A stretch of 64,000 bases of DNA from Vermamoeba vermiformis (taxonomy: Eukaryota). The DNA lies in assembly GCA_045837725.1 (NCBI GenBank), contig JBEWZL010000306.1, forward strand, positions 62,001 through 126,000. Direction: 5' to 3'. The position numbers and the translations under genes were made by a program. A model generated the notes under the pieces. That model did not search any database. It saw only the letters and a program-made list of their open reading frames with translations, and was not told the origin of the DNA. Within the stretch, counting starts at the first letter, position 1. Each line of letters opens with the position of its first letter. Below are positions 1 through 12,931 of this stretch, one piece after another.

Positions 1-591
1 AAACAACCTGATATGGGCAACGGACGGATCCAAACGAGGTGAAGTTGCATGCAACTTAACGTCCATATTCAACTCGACACAATACAAATATTTCAATATG
101 AGCGTTAAAATCTCTGAGCTAATGTTATCAAAAGTGACGCATTGTTTTGCAGCTTCACTTCCCGACATATCAAACAGCTAAAAAGGAATAAAATTATTAT
201 TTTAATTACGTGTCAGATAAAGCCACGTACAAACACTGAATACCCGAACAACAGTCAATTGCAAGAGCAGAGGCATACGGAATACAAATATGCCTAGAAA
301 AGAACTTAGTCAACAATAGGAACATCAATTATAATATCAGACTCTACAAATTAAACATGTGCTGACACGTGTCAAGGTGACATTCGACGAGTGCTCGCTC
401 GGATTGTGTGTGCATTGGACTGCTTCCCGAACTTTCGAATTGAGGGTTGACTAAGGGGTGGCAACGAGTCCTAGAAGTACCGTGCAATTAGTAACCGTAT
501 GTAGCTTTGTAACAATTGGTAATGCATAAAATATACTAAATACGGTGCACGTGTAAACTTATTAAATTTCAGGTTTAAACGTACGTTACCG

Positions 592-2210
592 CTAGTCGTG
601 AGCAAAGCTTAATCCATGAATCTGGCTCGTTAAAGGCTTCAGAATGGTCATCAATCCTTTGAGATTTTTCTTCGAAAAAGTGTACGTAGGTTTGCTCTCG
701 AGAGCGAATCTGAGCTGGATCTCGCTCTGAGCATCGCATCCAGCGGTTATTGTAACTTTCCTAGTCGCCGAGCTATGCGGGGTAGATGTGTTCTGCTTAA
801 TAGGCGCGATATATTTTTCAATATCGGCGAATAAGGCTTGTACAAGTGATGGTCGAAGTTGAACTGAAGCGGATCTACGAATACTTTTTGGGTTGTACAA
901 GTTTTCATTGATATCGTACCAAAGAGCTTTAACAATACCTATTGATACTATATTAGCATTATAATGAAATATAAATTAATTTTTGTACCAGATGTACTGC
1001 ACTGAAAATCCCATCCGCGATCTCGAAACAGTTCTCGGCCTCGTGGACAAACAGTCGACTATACATATGATTAAACAATTATTATTTACCAATAATTAAC
1101 TTACGTATTCGATTGAGAGCTCTTTATCAGCTTGTTTTTTATATTCTGCCGCAGTCCTATAAAAATTTGTAACTTCCGCAACTATGACAGTACATTTTAA
1201 TCGTCGAATCTGCTAATATTAACACCATCATTAATATATATTCATACATATAGTGTTATATTTAACGTACTGAGTCATCGAGATTACTGCTCAAGTCTTG
1301 GACTGCAACAGTATTATGCAGATCTGCTTCATTGGTTACTTTTTTCACTTTTTTCTCCTCGTTCTTATCTTTGCAGTAATTATATTCTATTTTTAGGTCA
1401 TCAATTTGGACGTCAAAGCGTGTAACATCGGCATCCGCAGTAAACTCGGACAAATGTTCGCTATCATACTCGTTGAGTAATTCTTCTAATTGAGCCTTGT
1501 TGGTCATATTAAACACTTGTAGTATTCTTTTGTGCAGCTTAATAAAATCTTTGTTATTTTCAAACTTTTTTTGCTCATTTTTTAAATTTTCTTCTCGCAG
1601 TTCTCTGTCATTCCTACACCATACAAAATATTTTAAATACTATAATCATATATAATATATTATTATATTGCGTACTTGCGAAGATATAGTTTGTGTTTTG
1701 TAGCGCTGCCATTGCCTGTTATCGTGCAACGGAATGAAGTTTCGGTTTCGTTATCGAATTCGCTTTCATACATAACCGACGAGGCATATTGAACGCTTAT
1801 TCTTTTGTTAAATACACTACTAACCTTTGCAATACGATGTGTGAGTTTAACGAGTTATAATTTCAAGTTGATCCTTCGTACCAAAGATCGGATCTGTTTG
1901 CACGTGCACGCGAGAGATTCTAGCGTCGTATTCGAGCACATAAAAATTACATTTTCGATCATTTCTATCGGAAGTGTTTCCTAGAATTAAGCTAATGAGC
2001 TGGTTTGTATTAATAATTGATTTTTAAGAGGAAATTTTAAAAAACATTAGACGGCTTTAAAAATTCCCGCGAAACACTCGAGCGCTATCTATAACTATTT
2101 TTCAATAATTTACTAATTATTTCAGTAATTCTTGGTGGCTAGCCACGCAGATGTGCCAACGGACTGACCTGGAACAACTTCCTTCTCTTAGATGGCCTCT
2201 CTTCTTCCAT
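592..2210 (-). CDS. F-box-like protein, multi-exon
   Basis: Exon 1 MEEERPSKRRKLFQ (GT donor) splices in phase to ETLPIEMIENVIFMCSNTTLESLACTCKQIRSL, an F-box-like pattern; later exons match ORFs 1262-1516 and 592-900. Internal exons only partly traced. Confidence 0.55.
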
Positions 2211-2349
2211 TTTCTGGTTTGTTTTCTTCACTAAATAAATGAAAAGGCTTTCTGCGTGTGGTATTGCGGTCACTAGAAGACAGATGTTGTGAGCGTACTA
2301 TTTTTTCAGTTTTTGGTGGTTGAAAGGTTTTTATTATTTCATAAGCCAA

Positions 2350-3955
2350 TTATACAAAATCATCTGTATTGTTACTATTACTTTGGATACTAGGCTGAAC
2401 GGTACTTTGTTGTGGTTGGCTCTTATGCATGTCTTCTACGAGCGCCATAGCCTCACCAATGCTCATGTCGCTGTTTAAGTTCACCGAAGAGTTATCGTGG
2501 ATAATAATAGGCTCACTAGTCTCTATTGGCTTTGAACTTTCGTCTTCGAACTCGATCACATCCGCGTTAGTCGTTACATTTGTATCATTTTTCTTATCGT
2601 TCTCTTCCTTATTTTCAATTTCATCATGTATCTCCATATTATCGCCGTTAGTAACATGCTCGTCATTATTATTAGCATTGTTAGCGTTATTTTCAAACTC
2701 CGCTAATTCGCTCTCCAAACACCACCTCGAATCGTTCGATTTGTCCGTCGTGTGATCTTTTTCGCGCAATTCAACGCGTGTCGTTTGATTGTCTGCTGTG
2801 TCCCACGTGACCAAGTGAATGTCATTCGGTTCAATATAGCTCACAACTTCACCACCAAAGTACAAACCAACGTCTTCGAACCAAACCTGGATAGCGATAA
2901 AATTAATAAAAGAATATCTTGTACCACTTTATAGTATCTTTGAGGGTCATAATTATTTCTCCCTTTCAATAAGACGAATAATTATAGGTCTTTTTTTTTC
3001 CGAAAATAATTCGTTCAGCCATGAAGGGTTTACGACACGAAATTAAAGTTCTAATTAGAGTACGTACTTGAACCCTTTTGCCAACCAATGATCGAGCTCG
3101 TTCTCTATCTTCCTATAATATATTCATTATTAGTATCGGTATTGTAACGGAGGATTATGTCGCAAAAGTGAGGTACCTCGGTCGGTCCCGAGGGTCTTTG
3201 CGGTAATTTCTTGCCGGTGGCTGTGGGATAAGGATGTGTTTGCAACAATTGTTTGACGCGTCCTTGATCGTCGTTGATGAGCATGCCTCCTTTCCAATGT
3301 CCCAACATCGTGCCAATTTCTTTGTTTCGTTCAAACTCCATTTCAATATCTGCTTTAGTGCCCTAATTAATCAAAAATAAGTTATTATGAATCGGTAAAT
3401 AAATAAGGTGTATTTTCGGTCTTATAGGATGACATTATTACCTTCCATTTTTCGGCGATGTATTCGACTAAACTTTGACGGCCTAATAATCGCTGTGTTT
3501 TAGCTCGTAACTCTGTAGGAGCCTGAATAATCCCCGAAATTAATATTGCGGAATAAAATAAGCACTAATTATCGTTTTAGGACTTGCCCACTGAGGTAAA
3601 AACTCTTTGACAATTTTATCCCATTCTCCGATGCCAAATTTCTCGATACCACGTGCTAAATAATCTCGTTCTAGTTCTCCCCATTTTCGCATCATTATTT
3701 TGTCTTTTTTGGGCTTGAAATAACTGAATAAATCAAAAATTAATTTTTAAAATTACCAAAAATACTGTAATAATTTCGTAGCGCATTATTATATTATCCC
3801 TATAATACGTACTCTTCATTTATAGCGCCATCCTCTTTAATCATATCTTTGGGACTGAACTTCAAACGCATCTGCCTAACCCATTCTTGTCGTTCCTCTT
3901 CACTCCAATTTCTGGAGTCAGTTCCTTTAAATTTACTTAGTGAACTTTGAGCCAT
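2350..3955 (-). CDS. Homolog of p2 (AMTP2) subunit of the MTA1c/AMT1 6mA DNA methyltransferase complex, with C-terminal Tudor-like domain and acidic low-complexity tail
   Basis: Spliced product WVRQMRLKFSPKDMIKEDGAINEDYFKPKK..KWGELERDYLARGIEKFGIGEWDKI..ELRAKTQRLLGRQSLVEY matches my recollection of the ciliate p2 Myb/HTH-like protein; downstream LVGKRVQ|VWFEDVGLYFGGEVVSYIEPNDIHLVTWD is Tudor-like. Confidence 0.7.
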
Positions 3956-4088
3956 ATTATAATAATATCAAATATGCTGTGTTGATGTTCGAACACTGAT
4001 TTAAAATTGCGCGGGAACGGGATCAAGCACGTGGTTCGGTCAAAATTTTGTCAGCCCAGCCAATTATTAAAAAATAAATAAAGTATAC

Positions 4089-4696
4089 ATGAACACTATT
4101 ATTAGAGGATTAGCTACACAGGTTAATAAAATGGCTGATAAGGTTGAATGGGATAAAACTCGCAAGACTTTCGTATTAAACTTGCCCAACAAAGGTACAA
4201 TTATATCATATTAAAATATAATCATAATAGTATTTACAATGCGTATGATGTAATTTAGAAGCCGCAATGATTACAGAAAATCTTAAAAAATATTTGAAAT
4301 TAATTTTGACGTTTCTAGACGAGGCCATTGTTGAATATGAAGATATCGATGCTAATACGTGGAATTTTGCGCACACTTTCGTACGTAATTTCAATTATTT
4401 TTTTATTGGTGCAGCGCTTAATTTAATGCTCGGGTTTTTAGGTGCCTGAATCCGCTCGCGGAGGTGGTGTTGCAGCTAAAGTCGTCAAGGTGCGTAATCA
4501 GCAGTACTATAATTGTTTAATTTGTCGTGCGACGGAGTTTGAACGAAGATCTGATCGGGCTTACTTTTTTCAGGGCGCCTTTGATTATGCAGTCGAGAAT
4601 AACAAGAAAGTAATCCCTTCATGTTGGTACGTTAAAGACGTATTTTTGCCTAAACATCCTGAATACGCGAAGAACGTGGTCAATGCCAAGATCTAG
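4089..4696 (+). CDS. Small GNAT acetyltransferase, YjdJ/NATD1 (Acetyltransf_CG) type
   Basis: Spliced motif HTFVPESARGGGVAAKVVKGAFDYAVENNKKVIPSCWYV matches the family pattern HTxVPxxxRGxGxA...IPxCxYV; three GT-AG introns. Confidence 0.8.
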
Positions 4697-4780
4697 AACG
4701 AGTTCCGATCAAAAACCATTTTTTTGTACAAAGACGCTATTGTTTATAAATTGACAAATATTATTTACAAGGCGCTTATT

Positions 4781-6406
4781 TTATTGTTTGTATTTTTCGA
4801 TCAAGGCCATCACTTCCTCTTCAGATGCGTTCACTTCTTCGGACTTTGTTTGTAGCGACGACAATTGCGTCAATTCGTCGGGCATTACCTTATTAGGAAA
4901 CTCGCCTAAGCTTTCAGTAACAACTTTAGCAAACTTTGCAGGGTGAGCCGTGCCTAAGCACACTAAAGGAGTGCCTTCAAGATGAAGTTTGGAAACCACA
5001 TCCGATCCGGCTTTAACTCCGACAGCAGTATGCGGGTCCAAAACATATTGATACTTCTCATAATACTCCTTAATAGTCTTCTTAATATCTTCTTCGGACA
5101 CACGCGACGATTTGAAGGCTTGTTGTGCTCGATCCAGAACAGATCCATCGACGGTCAGTTTTCCGGTAGTCTTGAAGACATTCATCCAATCAGATATGGT
5201 GCTCGCACTTGAGTTGGATAGGTAATATAAATATCGTTCGAAATTAGAAGAAATTTGAATGTCCATTGACGGGGTTGATGTTTCTTTGACACCTTCTTGA
5301 TGGTACTCCCCACGCTTGAAAAATCGATCCAAAATGTCGTTTTCATTTGTAGCGACTATTAATTGATCGATCGGCAGGCCCATTGCACGTGCATAGTATC
5401 CTAAAAAGGAAATAAAGTTAGCCTAATCCAAAACGATAAAAATAACTTATCTTCAATTGCTCAATTTTGCAGATATAGTTTCTATATTAGACTATATAAC
5501 TATTATACTATATATTTACCTGCTAAAATGTCGCCAAAATTGCCGGTTGGAACGGAAAAATTGACTTTTTGACCAAGCGTGATCCGGTTGTCGCGTACAA
5601 GTTGATAATAGGCATGGAAATAATATACTATTTGTGCCAATATGCGAGCCCAGTTGATTGAATTGACAGCTGAGATATTGTGACGTTGTTTGAACTCTTG
5701 TCGGCCGAAAACGGATTTGACAATATTTTGAGCATCATCAAAAGTGCTATTTTTGACTGCCAGACAGTGTACATTAGGATCCAATATCGATGTCATTTGC
5801 AGTTCTTGAATAGGACTAACTTTGCCTTGCGGGTATATGATGAAAACTTGAATATTTTTTTTTCCGCGCATCCCGTGAATTGCTGCGCTGCCAGTATCTA
5901 ACCTTGTATTAGTCTCATATAATTAATCAACAAATATCTTATTATCGGTATTTACCTCCAGAAGTTGCACCTAAGATCGTAATGTGTTGATTTTGGTTGG
6001 CTCCATCTGGCTTCGTCAAAAAATATTCAAATAAATTGCCCAAAAATTGGAGAGCGATGTCTTTGAATGAATAGGTAGGTCCATGAAACAGTTCCAATAT
6101 CCAAACTGGTCCAACCGATCGGCAAGGAGCAACAAGTTGAGCTCTGAAATTATCATGATACGAAGCGGTTATAATTCGTTGAAGATCCGCGTCTGAAACT
6201 TCTTTCGGGTCAATATACAAGCGCAAGATATTATAGCAAAGCGATTTGTAATCCAAATTGCTCCACTCGCTGATCTTTGACTGAATCTGCGGGATGTTCT
6301 CTGGAATGAACAATCCGCCATCAGGAGCGAGTCCACCCATTACTACTTGCTCGAAAGACCATCCTGAGACTTGTCCTCTAGTGCTTTTATATGTGTATGT
6401 TGACAT
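4781..6406 (-). CDS. THR4: Threonine synthase (fungal-type, PLP-dependent)
   Basis: YKSTRG, GLAPDGGLF, ELFHGPTYSFKD (PLP lysine), GATSGDTG across an intron, NSINWARILAQIVYYF, VPTGNFGDIL, PSMDIQISSNFER, TAHPAKF; 3 exons. Confidence 0.95.
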
Positions 6407-6474
6407 CTTGAGAAAATAATAAATGAAAATGTTCCGCTATCAAATTTAATTCTGATCTGCCTCGTGTGAACACA
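6407..6474. promoter_or_regulatory. Putative bidirectional promoter between threonine synthase and homoserine kinase
   Basis: Only 68 bp separate the two divergent ATGs; promoter activity is inferred from geometry. Confidence 0.55.
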
Positions 6475-7958
6475 ATGGCAAATACCTCAACTAATGAATG
6501 GCACTTTAATATACCTTGTTCCAGCGCTAATGTCGGTCCAGGGTTTGATGTACTTGGAATGGCGCTTGATCTTTACATGAGGTAAGATAAAACTCGCCCC
6601 TAAATTTTTTAAACAGTCTGAAATTATTATAAATAATAATATTGTGTCCAAAAATGTCAATTCAAAGTATGTTTAAGCGAGCAGATATTTTTTGTAGATT
6701 TTTTCAAAATACTTTTCAAGATCTAGTTGCATATGCAATACTGGCGACTGGTCTTAAGATTCACCGGTATTTTAATTAATTTTTGTATCACTTTAGGGTT
6801 ACAGTACGCAAGAGCACGCAATCAGATGACACGTTGACTTTTAAAGGCCGAGGCAGCGATGTTATCCCTTCAAACAAGACCAATCTCATCTATCAAGCAT
6901 TTATGCACGTAATTAACGAGCTAAAAGTCGAACGAAAGTTCTTTATTGATATTGAAATCAACAACGACATTCCTGTTGGAAAAGGCAAGCACGTTCTTTC
7001 TAGAGCGTAGCTCAAGTTCGAAAATTTGGAAATATTAGTCCGTTTAATAAGCTTATATTTCACCTATCATTGAATGATCGTTCGGTGTTGACTTAATTTT
7101 TCTGACGAGGGACTTTTTTGTTCAGGGCTTGGAAGCTCCGGTGTAGCAGTAGCAGCAGGTGTTATGATAGCCAATAGCTGTTACGATCTCAAATTAGACA
7201 CACAACAAATACTACAACAATGTTTGAAAATCGAAAAGCATCCGGACAACTTTACGCCTACAATCGTCGGAGGCTTTACAGCGTGCATGACATCAGAACA
7301 TGACGATAAGATTGTATATAATAAGATACCCGTTAATAGCAAGGTAACTTATAGCACTTTTAAATCGTCGCGTACTGGTTTTATTTGGCTGAAATTTTTT
7401 CTCCGAAGAAATTTGGCCCAAAATGTTTGATAGAGTCTCACGTATTATTTTTAGATTAAAGCAGTCATAGTAGTGCCTAATTTCGAACTGCCGACTTCTC
7501 AAGCTCGTCAAGTACTTCCACAACACTATTCGAGAGCAGATCTCGTTTTCAATCTCCAACGAGCCGTTACACTCATTTCAGCGTTACAAGGTACCTTATT
7601 CTTCGATATATACTGTGTTAATACCGTATGCCAGGCGATGTTACGTCTGAATCAGTTCAATTTGCTATTCGTGAAGCGATGAAGGATCGCATCCACCAGC
7701 CTTACAGATCTAAACTCGTCCCTGGGCTAACTGAATGGTAACAATATACATATGTAATCTTTTAATACTAATACTGTCCTTAGTATCCAATTAACTATGC
7801 CTGGCCTTCTCGGAGTTTGTTTAAGTGGCGCTGGGCCCAGTATTTGTGCCCTCGCTGTTGACAACTTTGACAGCATCGGCAACAAGATCAAAAGCATTCT
7901 GAAAGACAAACAAATCGACGCAGAGCACTTTGTATTGAATATTATCAAGACAGAGTAA
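6475..7958 (+). CDS. THR1: Homoserine kinase (GHMP family)
   Basis: PCSSANVGPGFDVLGMAL, IPVGKGLGSSG (across GC-AG intron 6985-7125), EKHPDN, DRIHQPYRSKLVPGL, CLSGAGPS. Confidence 0.93.
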
Positions 7959-8154
7959 ACGGTAGTTTATCAGAACTCAGGGTGAATCATCGGGCCGACG
8001 AGTTAATGTTGGCACGTCAAAAGACGGAAAAAAAGGCTACAACTCACGACATTCCTTTACTTCTTCGAAAATATGCCTAACTAGTAGAAAACCTGCGGTA
8101 TGGATCCAGGTAAAAAAGATTAGACTAGAATACATCGTTTATTTTGACGTCTTA

Positions 8155-10262
8155 TTACGCGCTTTGATTAGAAGTAGTACTACCGGCAGTATTATAGCTA
8201 TTCTTACTCCTACGCTGCGTCGTAGTGTTACCAGATCCAGATGGACTTTTGTCGGGCATGAACCAGACTTGAATGAAAGTAATAAGACCTAATAATACGG
8301 ACTCTACATATATCGCTACTAGCTCAAAAATGATGCTCTTGTAAACAATATAATACCGCAGGATGAAAGCGCAGGGAGGATAAATACAAGCAATAATTGT
8401 CGAGATAATAATCGATACACGGCTCTAGATACACTAATATTAATATATATGTACTATTATGGCATTCTAACATTTTGATTTACCTTCATGAGGCTATCTA
8501 GTCGAGGTTTACTATCGGCGTTCATTTGCTCGGATCGATTAATAATCTCCAACGCTTTTACGGCTATCAATATTACCGTTCATTAATATAAGTGGTAATA
8601 TTAATATATAGTAGAACAACGTACCGACAATGATGTAGAAACAAGCGACGGTCATGCCAGTAGCTAACGAAATGGCTCCGAGTGCGACGAAAAGCGGTAG
8701 AATAGTAATGTAGATCAATAGCAAGGCATTGATAGCTGGTAGTATTATAATAATAGCAACGAGGATCCAGAATGGTATCTGCATTCTGATCAAAAAGTCA
8801 GTACGCGAACAAGTTTTATGAATTTCCAAATAAGGCAATACTTACTTCTTGGACAAGAACGCTTGTACTTCTGTGTCTGCGAACTGATTGATGACTTCGA
8901 ACCAGAAGAATGCCATCAGCACCAGTGCTGCGACTGAGAAAATAAAGTTAAGGAATAACTATGAAAAAGTTCAAATTAGCCATCCGAGGGCCGTGCTTAT
9001 ATGAAGGATACAAGACCACGTAGCCGGCCAAGTGTCAATAAACGCGTCGATAGCAGCACTATATATTCCCCAGGTCAAGAGCGGATCTATCCATCGAACG
9101 ATCATCACTGAAATGAAATCGAGGGAAACGTTAGACCAAAACTAAATACATAATAAAGGTTACATATACGTACAAATGCAAAATACCGCTTGAAAGAACA
9201 AATAAACAAAGCTGATATTCCAGATAAAGCCAGTCTCTTTCACTTTTCGGACAAACTTGTAGATCACGAGCGCGAGAAGCAAGAGATAAAATACAAAGAA
9301 TACTGCGTTCAATGCGATGAACCACCATGTGTATGCGATTTTTTTATGCCACATACTGACGCCTGTAATAATTGTCATCAAAAACAATCTCGGTACGTAG
9401 CTTGTTAAAATTATATAATTTTTAGCAGAATTTCTACGCACCAGGAGTAATTTCCAACGTCACGTACGGTGAGTGGGCGAGAAGATCTGTTAACCTTTGG
9501 TAATCCGGTTTTGACACCTTTAAAGGTAGAGTTAGTTTGACAGCTGTCATACTTACGATATAAACACTAATGCTTACCAATACAGCGGGAATCTCAAGTG
9601 GAGATCGGCTGAGCGGAATGCGAGATCTTCTACCATTAAATTCGGGTGGATTCAAATCGCTAATAAGTACTGCAGCTGCTCCAGCTATATCATAAATACG
9701 TTAGTGATGCCGGAATTAATTTATATTGTCTAATTAGAAGCATTTTCTCTGAGAGGAAAGAAATTCTGAGCGAATTTTTCCTATTTTGAAGCGCAGCCTG
9801 AATTATGAGCGCGAGCGACGTACCATTGACTGCTGCGGCATATTGATTCACAGGAGTGCAAGGTCCTATTGGTATAAAAGCAATCATGCCTTCAGCTGAG
9901 TACGGAACGCATCCAGGAGACTGGCAAAAAAAAAAATTAGTAGATCGAACTGTAGGCACTAGATCATTGATAAAATCTACTATAATCTTGTCTTTTGTGC
10001 ATAATACAATAGTAATATTTGTACCTGAAACGTAACATTGCCAATAACTTTGAAATCAGTGGGTCCACCGACAAATCCATTTGTTAGAGTGGGCGTATTG
10101 AACTCAGGATCGCTGTATAATGAATAATGAGTAAATATTACGCATGTTATTTTAACAATTCTAGACAACTTACGGTACGATTGGAAAAATGACGCGGGTC
10201 GCGGATGTGACAGCAAATAGCACAACGACAGTCGAAAACAATAGCCTATGGCGATTCTGCAT
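8155..10262 (-). CDS. Signal peptide + PA domain + ~7TM membrane protein, copy A
   Basis: Hydrophobic N-terminus; PA-like GMIAFIPIGPCT..AAVNAGAAAVLISD..LEIPAVLVS; seven hydrophobic segments ending LLGLITFIQVWF; U12 intron 8934-9011. Confidence 0.75.
8934..9011 (-). other. U12-type GT-AG intron (copy A)
   Basis: 5' GTATCCTT; branch TTCCTTAAC at 8947-8955; removal restores WPATWS|FAALV. Confidence 0.9.
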
Positions 10263-10566
10263 CTCACATATGTAATAAATAACTCGGTCTAGTTGTCATT
10301 TATTGAACTGTTGCTATTTTAGCGTAAACTGAAACTAAACAAGCCTTATTAGGCTTTATCTATTTAAATTATCGGAAATTTGCTTATAATTGACAGTCAA
10401 AATTAGTACATTAGAAGCAGCTGCTCCAGAATAGCTAAGAATGTTGAGCGCGAAACGGTCATTACCTCGTATTCTATTTGTCTTCCTTGCGGCCGTTATT
10501 AAAATAATCGTAATTAATTTACTCCATCGTGCCATTGTCAATAATTCGTGCAACGTTCTCGTAGTA

Positions 10567-12605
10567 TTACAAATGGTTACCAGATCCGGATGGAAGTTTA
10601 TCCGGCATGAACCAGACTTGAATGAAGGTAATAAGACCTAATAATACGGACTCTACATATATATCGGCTAGCGCGAAGATTGAGCTCTTGTAGACAATGT
10701 AATAACGCAAGATGAAAGCGCAGGGAGGATAAATACAAGCAATAATTGTCGAGATAATAATCGATACACGGCTCTAGATACACTAATATTAATATATATG
10801 TACTATTATGGCATTCTAACATTTTGATTTACCTTCATGAGGCTATCTAGTCGAGGTTTACTATCGGCGTTCATTTGCTCGGATCGATTAATAATCTCCA
10901 ACGCTTTTACGGCTATCAATAATACCGTTCATTAATATAAGTGGTAATATTAATATATAGTAGAACAACGTACCGACAATGATGTAGAAACAAGCGACTA
11001 TCATGCCAGTAGCTAACGAAACGGCTCCCAGCGCAACGAAAAGCGGTAGAATTGTAATGTAGATCAATAGTATGGCATTAATCGATGGTAGTACTATAAT
11101 AATACCACCGAGTATCCAGAACGGGATCTGCATTCTAGCCAAAAAGTCAGTGCACGAACAAGTTTTATGAATTTCCAAATAAGGAAATACTCACTTTTTG
11201 GACAAGAACGCTTGTACTTTGGTGTCTGCGAACTGATTGATGACTTCGAACCAGAAGAACGCCATCAGCATCAGCGCTACGACTAATAACAAAAGTAAAG
11301 GAAAAGTTAAAATATTAAACGTGGATTAAAAACGGATAAACGCAACGTATGAAATGGATACACGACCATCTAGCGGGCCACGTGTCAATAAATACGTCGA
11401 TAACAGTGCTATATATTCCCCAAGTCAAAAGCGGATCTATCCATCGAACGATCATCACTGAAAAATTAATGATCGTTAGACATGAATAATTAAGCTTATG
11501 TACGCACAAATGCAAAATGCCGCTTGCAAGAATAAATAAACAAAGCTGATGTTCCAGATAAAGCCAGTCGCTTTGACTTTTCGAACAAACTTGTAGATCA
11601 CGAGTGCGAGTAGCAGGAGATAAAATACAAAGAATATAGCATTCAATGCGATGAACCACCATGTGTACGCGATATTTTGATGCCACAAACTGACGCCTGT
11701 AATAATTGTCATCAAAACAATCTCGGTACGTAGCTTTTAAAAATTATATTATTATTTAGCAGAATTTCTACGCACCAGGAGTAATTTCCAACGTCAAGTA
11801 CGGTGAGTTGGCGAGAAGATCCTTGAGCCTAAAGTAATCCGGTTTTGACACCTTCGAGGTAGAGTTAGCGTGACAGTGTCATACTTCAAATATTAGTGTT
11901 GGGCACTTACCAAGACAACAGGAATCTCAAGCGGAGATTGGCTGAGAGGAATGCGCGATCTTCTACCATGAATTTCGGGTGCATCGAAATCGCAGAAAAG
12001 TACTGCAGCTGCTCCAGCTATATCAGAAATACGTTAGTGATAGCGGTATTTATTATTGTATATCTTTCGTATTGTCGAACAAGGCAGTTTCTTTGATTTC
12101 CGAGTTTTTCCAAATTTGGAGTGCGATCTGAATTTACTGCGCGAAATCGACGTACCATCGATTGCCGCGGCATACTGATTCTCACGAGTACATTGTCCTA
12201 ATGGTATGAGTGGTAGCATGCCTTCAGCTGTGTATGGATCGCATCCAGGAGGCTGGCAAATAAAATTTAGATCGAACTGTCTATCGGTCTTAATCTGTAT
12301 ATTATTGCTAAAAGCTACTATGATTGTATTTAGATATCATACTATAATAGTAAGATGTGTACCTGAAACGTAACATTGCCAATAACTTTGAAATCGGTGG
12401 GTCCACCAACAAATCCGTTTGTTAGAGCGGGCGTATTGAACTCAGGATTGCTGTACAATGAATACATTAGCAAAAAATGCATATTTGATATTTAAAAATT
12501 CTCTTTAACTTACGGTACGATTGGAAAAATGATGCGGCTTGCGGATGTTAGAGCAATTATTAGCACTACGACAGCAAAATACAATAGACCATGGTGTTTG
12601 TACAT
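10567..12605 (-). CDS. PA domain + ~7TM protein, copy B (shortened C-tail)
   Basis: Same exon structure as copy A with long near-identical stretches; ends QVWFMPDKLPSGSGNHL*. Confidence 0.72.
11283..11361 (-). other. U12-type intron with degenerate signals (copy B)
   Basis: 5' GTATCCAT; branch TTCCTTTAC; same position and phase as in paralogs. Confidence 0.75.
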
Positions 12606-12931
12606 CTCTGTGTCACACGTGACATTTGTTATAAATAACTCGGTCTAGTGTCAAGCGTCGTTTGCAAGTTGAAAGGTGCTCTTTTTTGGCTAAAACTTAA
12701 ACTGGGCAAGCCGGATTAGGTTCAAGTTTTGGCTATTTATATTATCAAAAATTTGCTCATAATTGGCACCGAAAATTTGTGTTCGCAATACATAATGTAA
12801 AATTTACTGCTGTAGATTTTTAAAAATCTGTTATAATAATTGAGCGCGAAGATCATTACCTCGTATTCTCTACGCATTTCCTTGCCAACCATTATTTAAC
12901 TAATTTACTCTATTTGAGACCATAGTATAAT

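Noticed and set aside
4781-7958. Bacterial thrBC operon contamination
   Set aside because: The genes are divergent rather than co-oriented and both carry spliceosomal introns like their neighbours.
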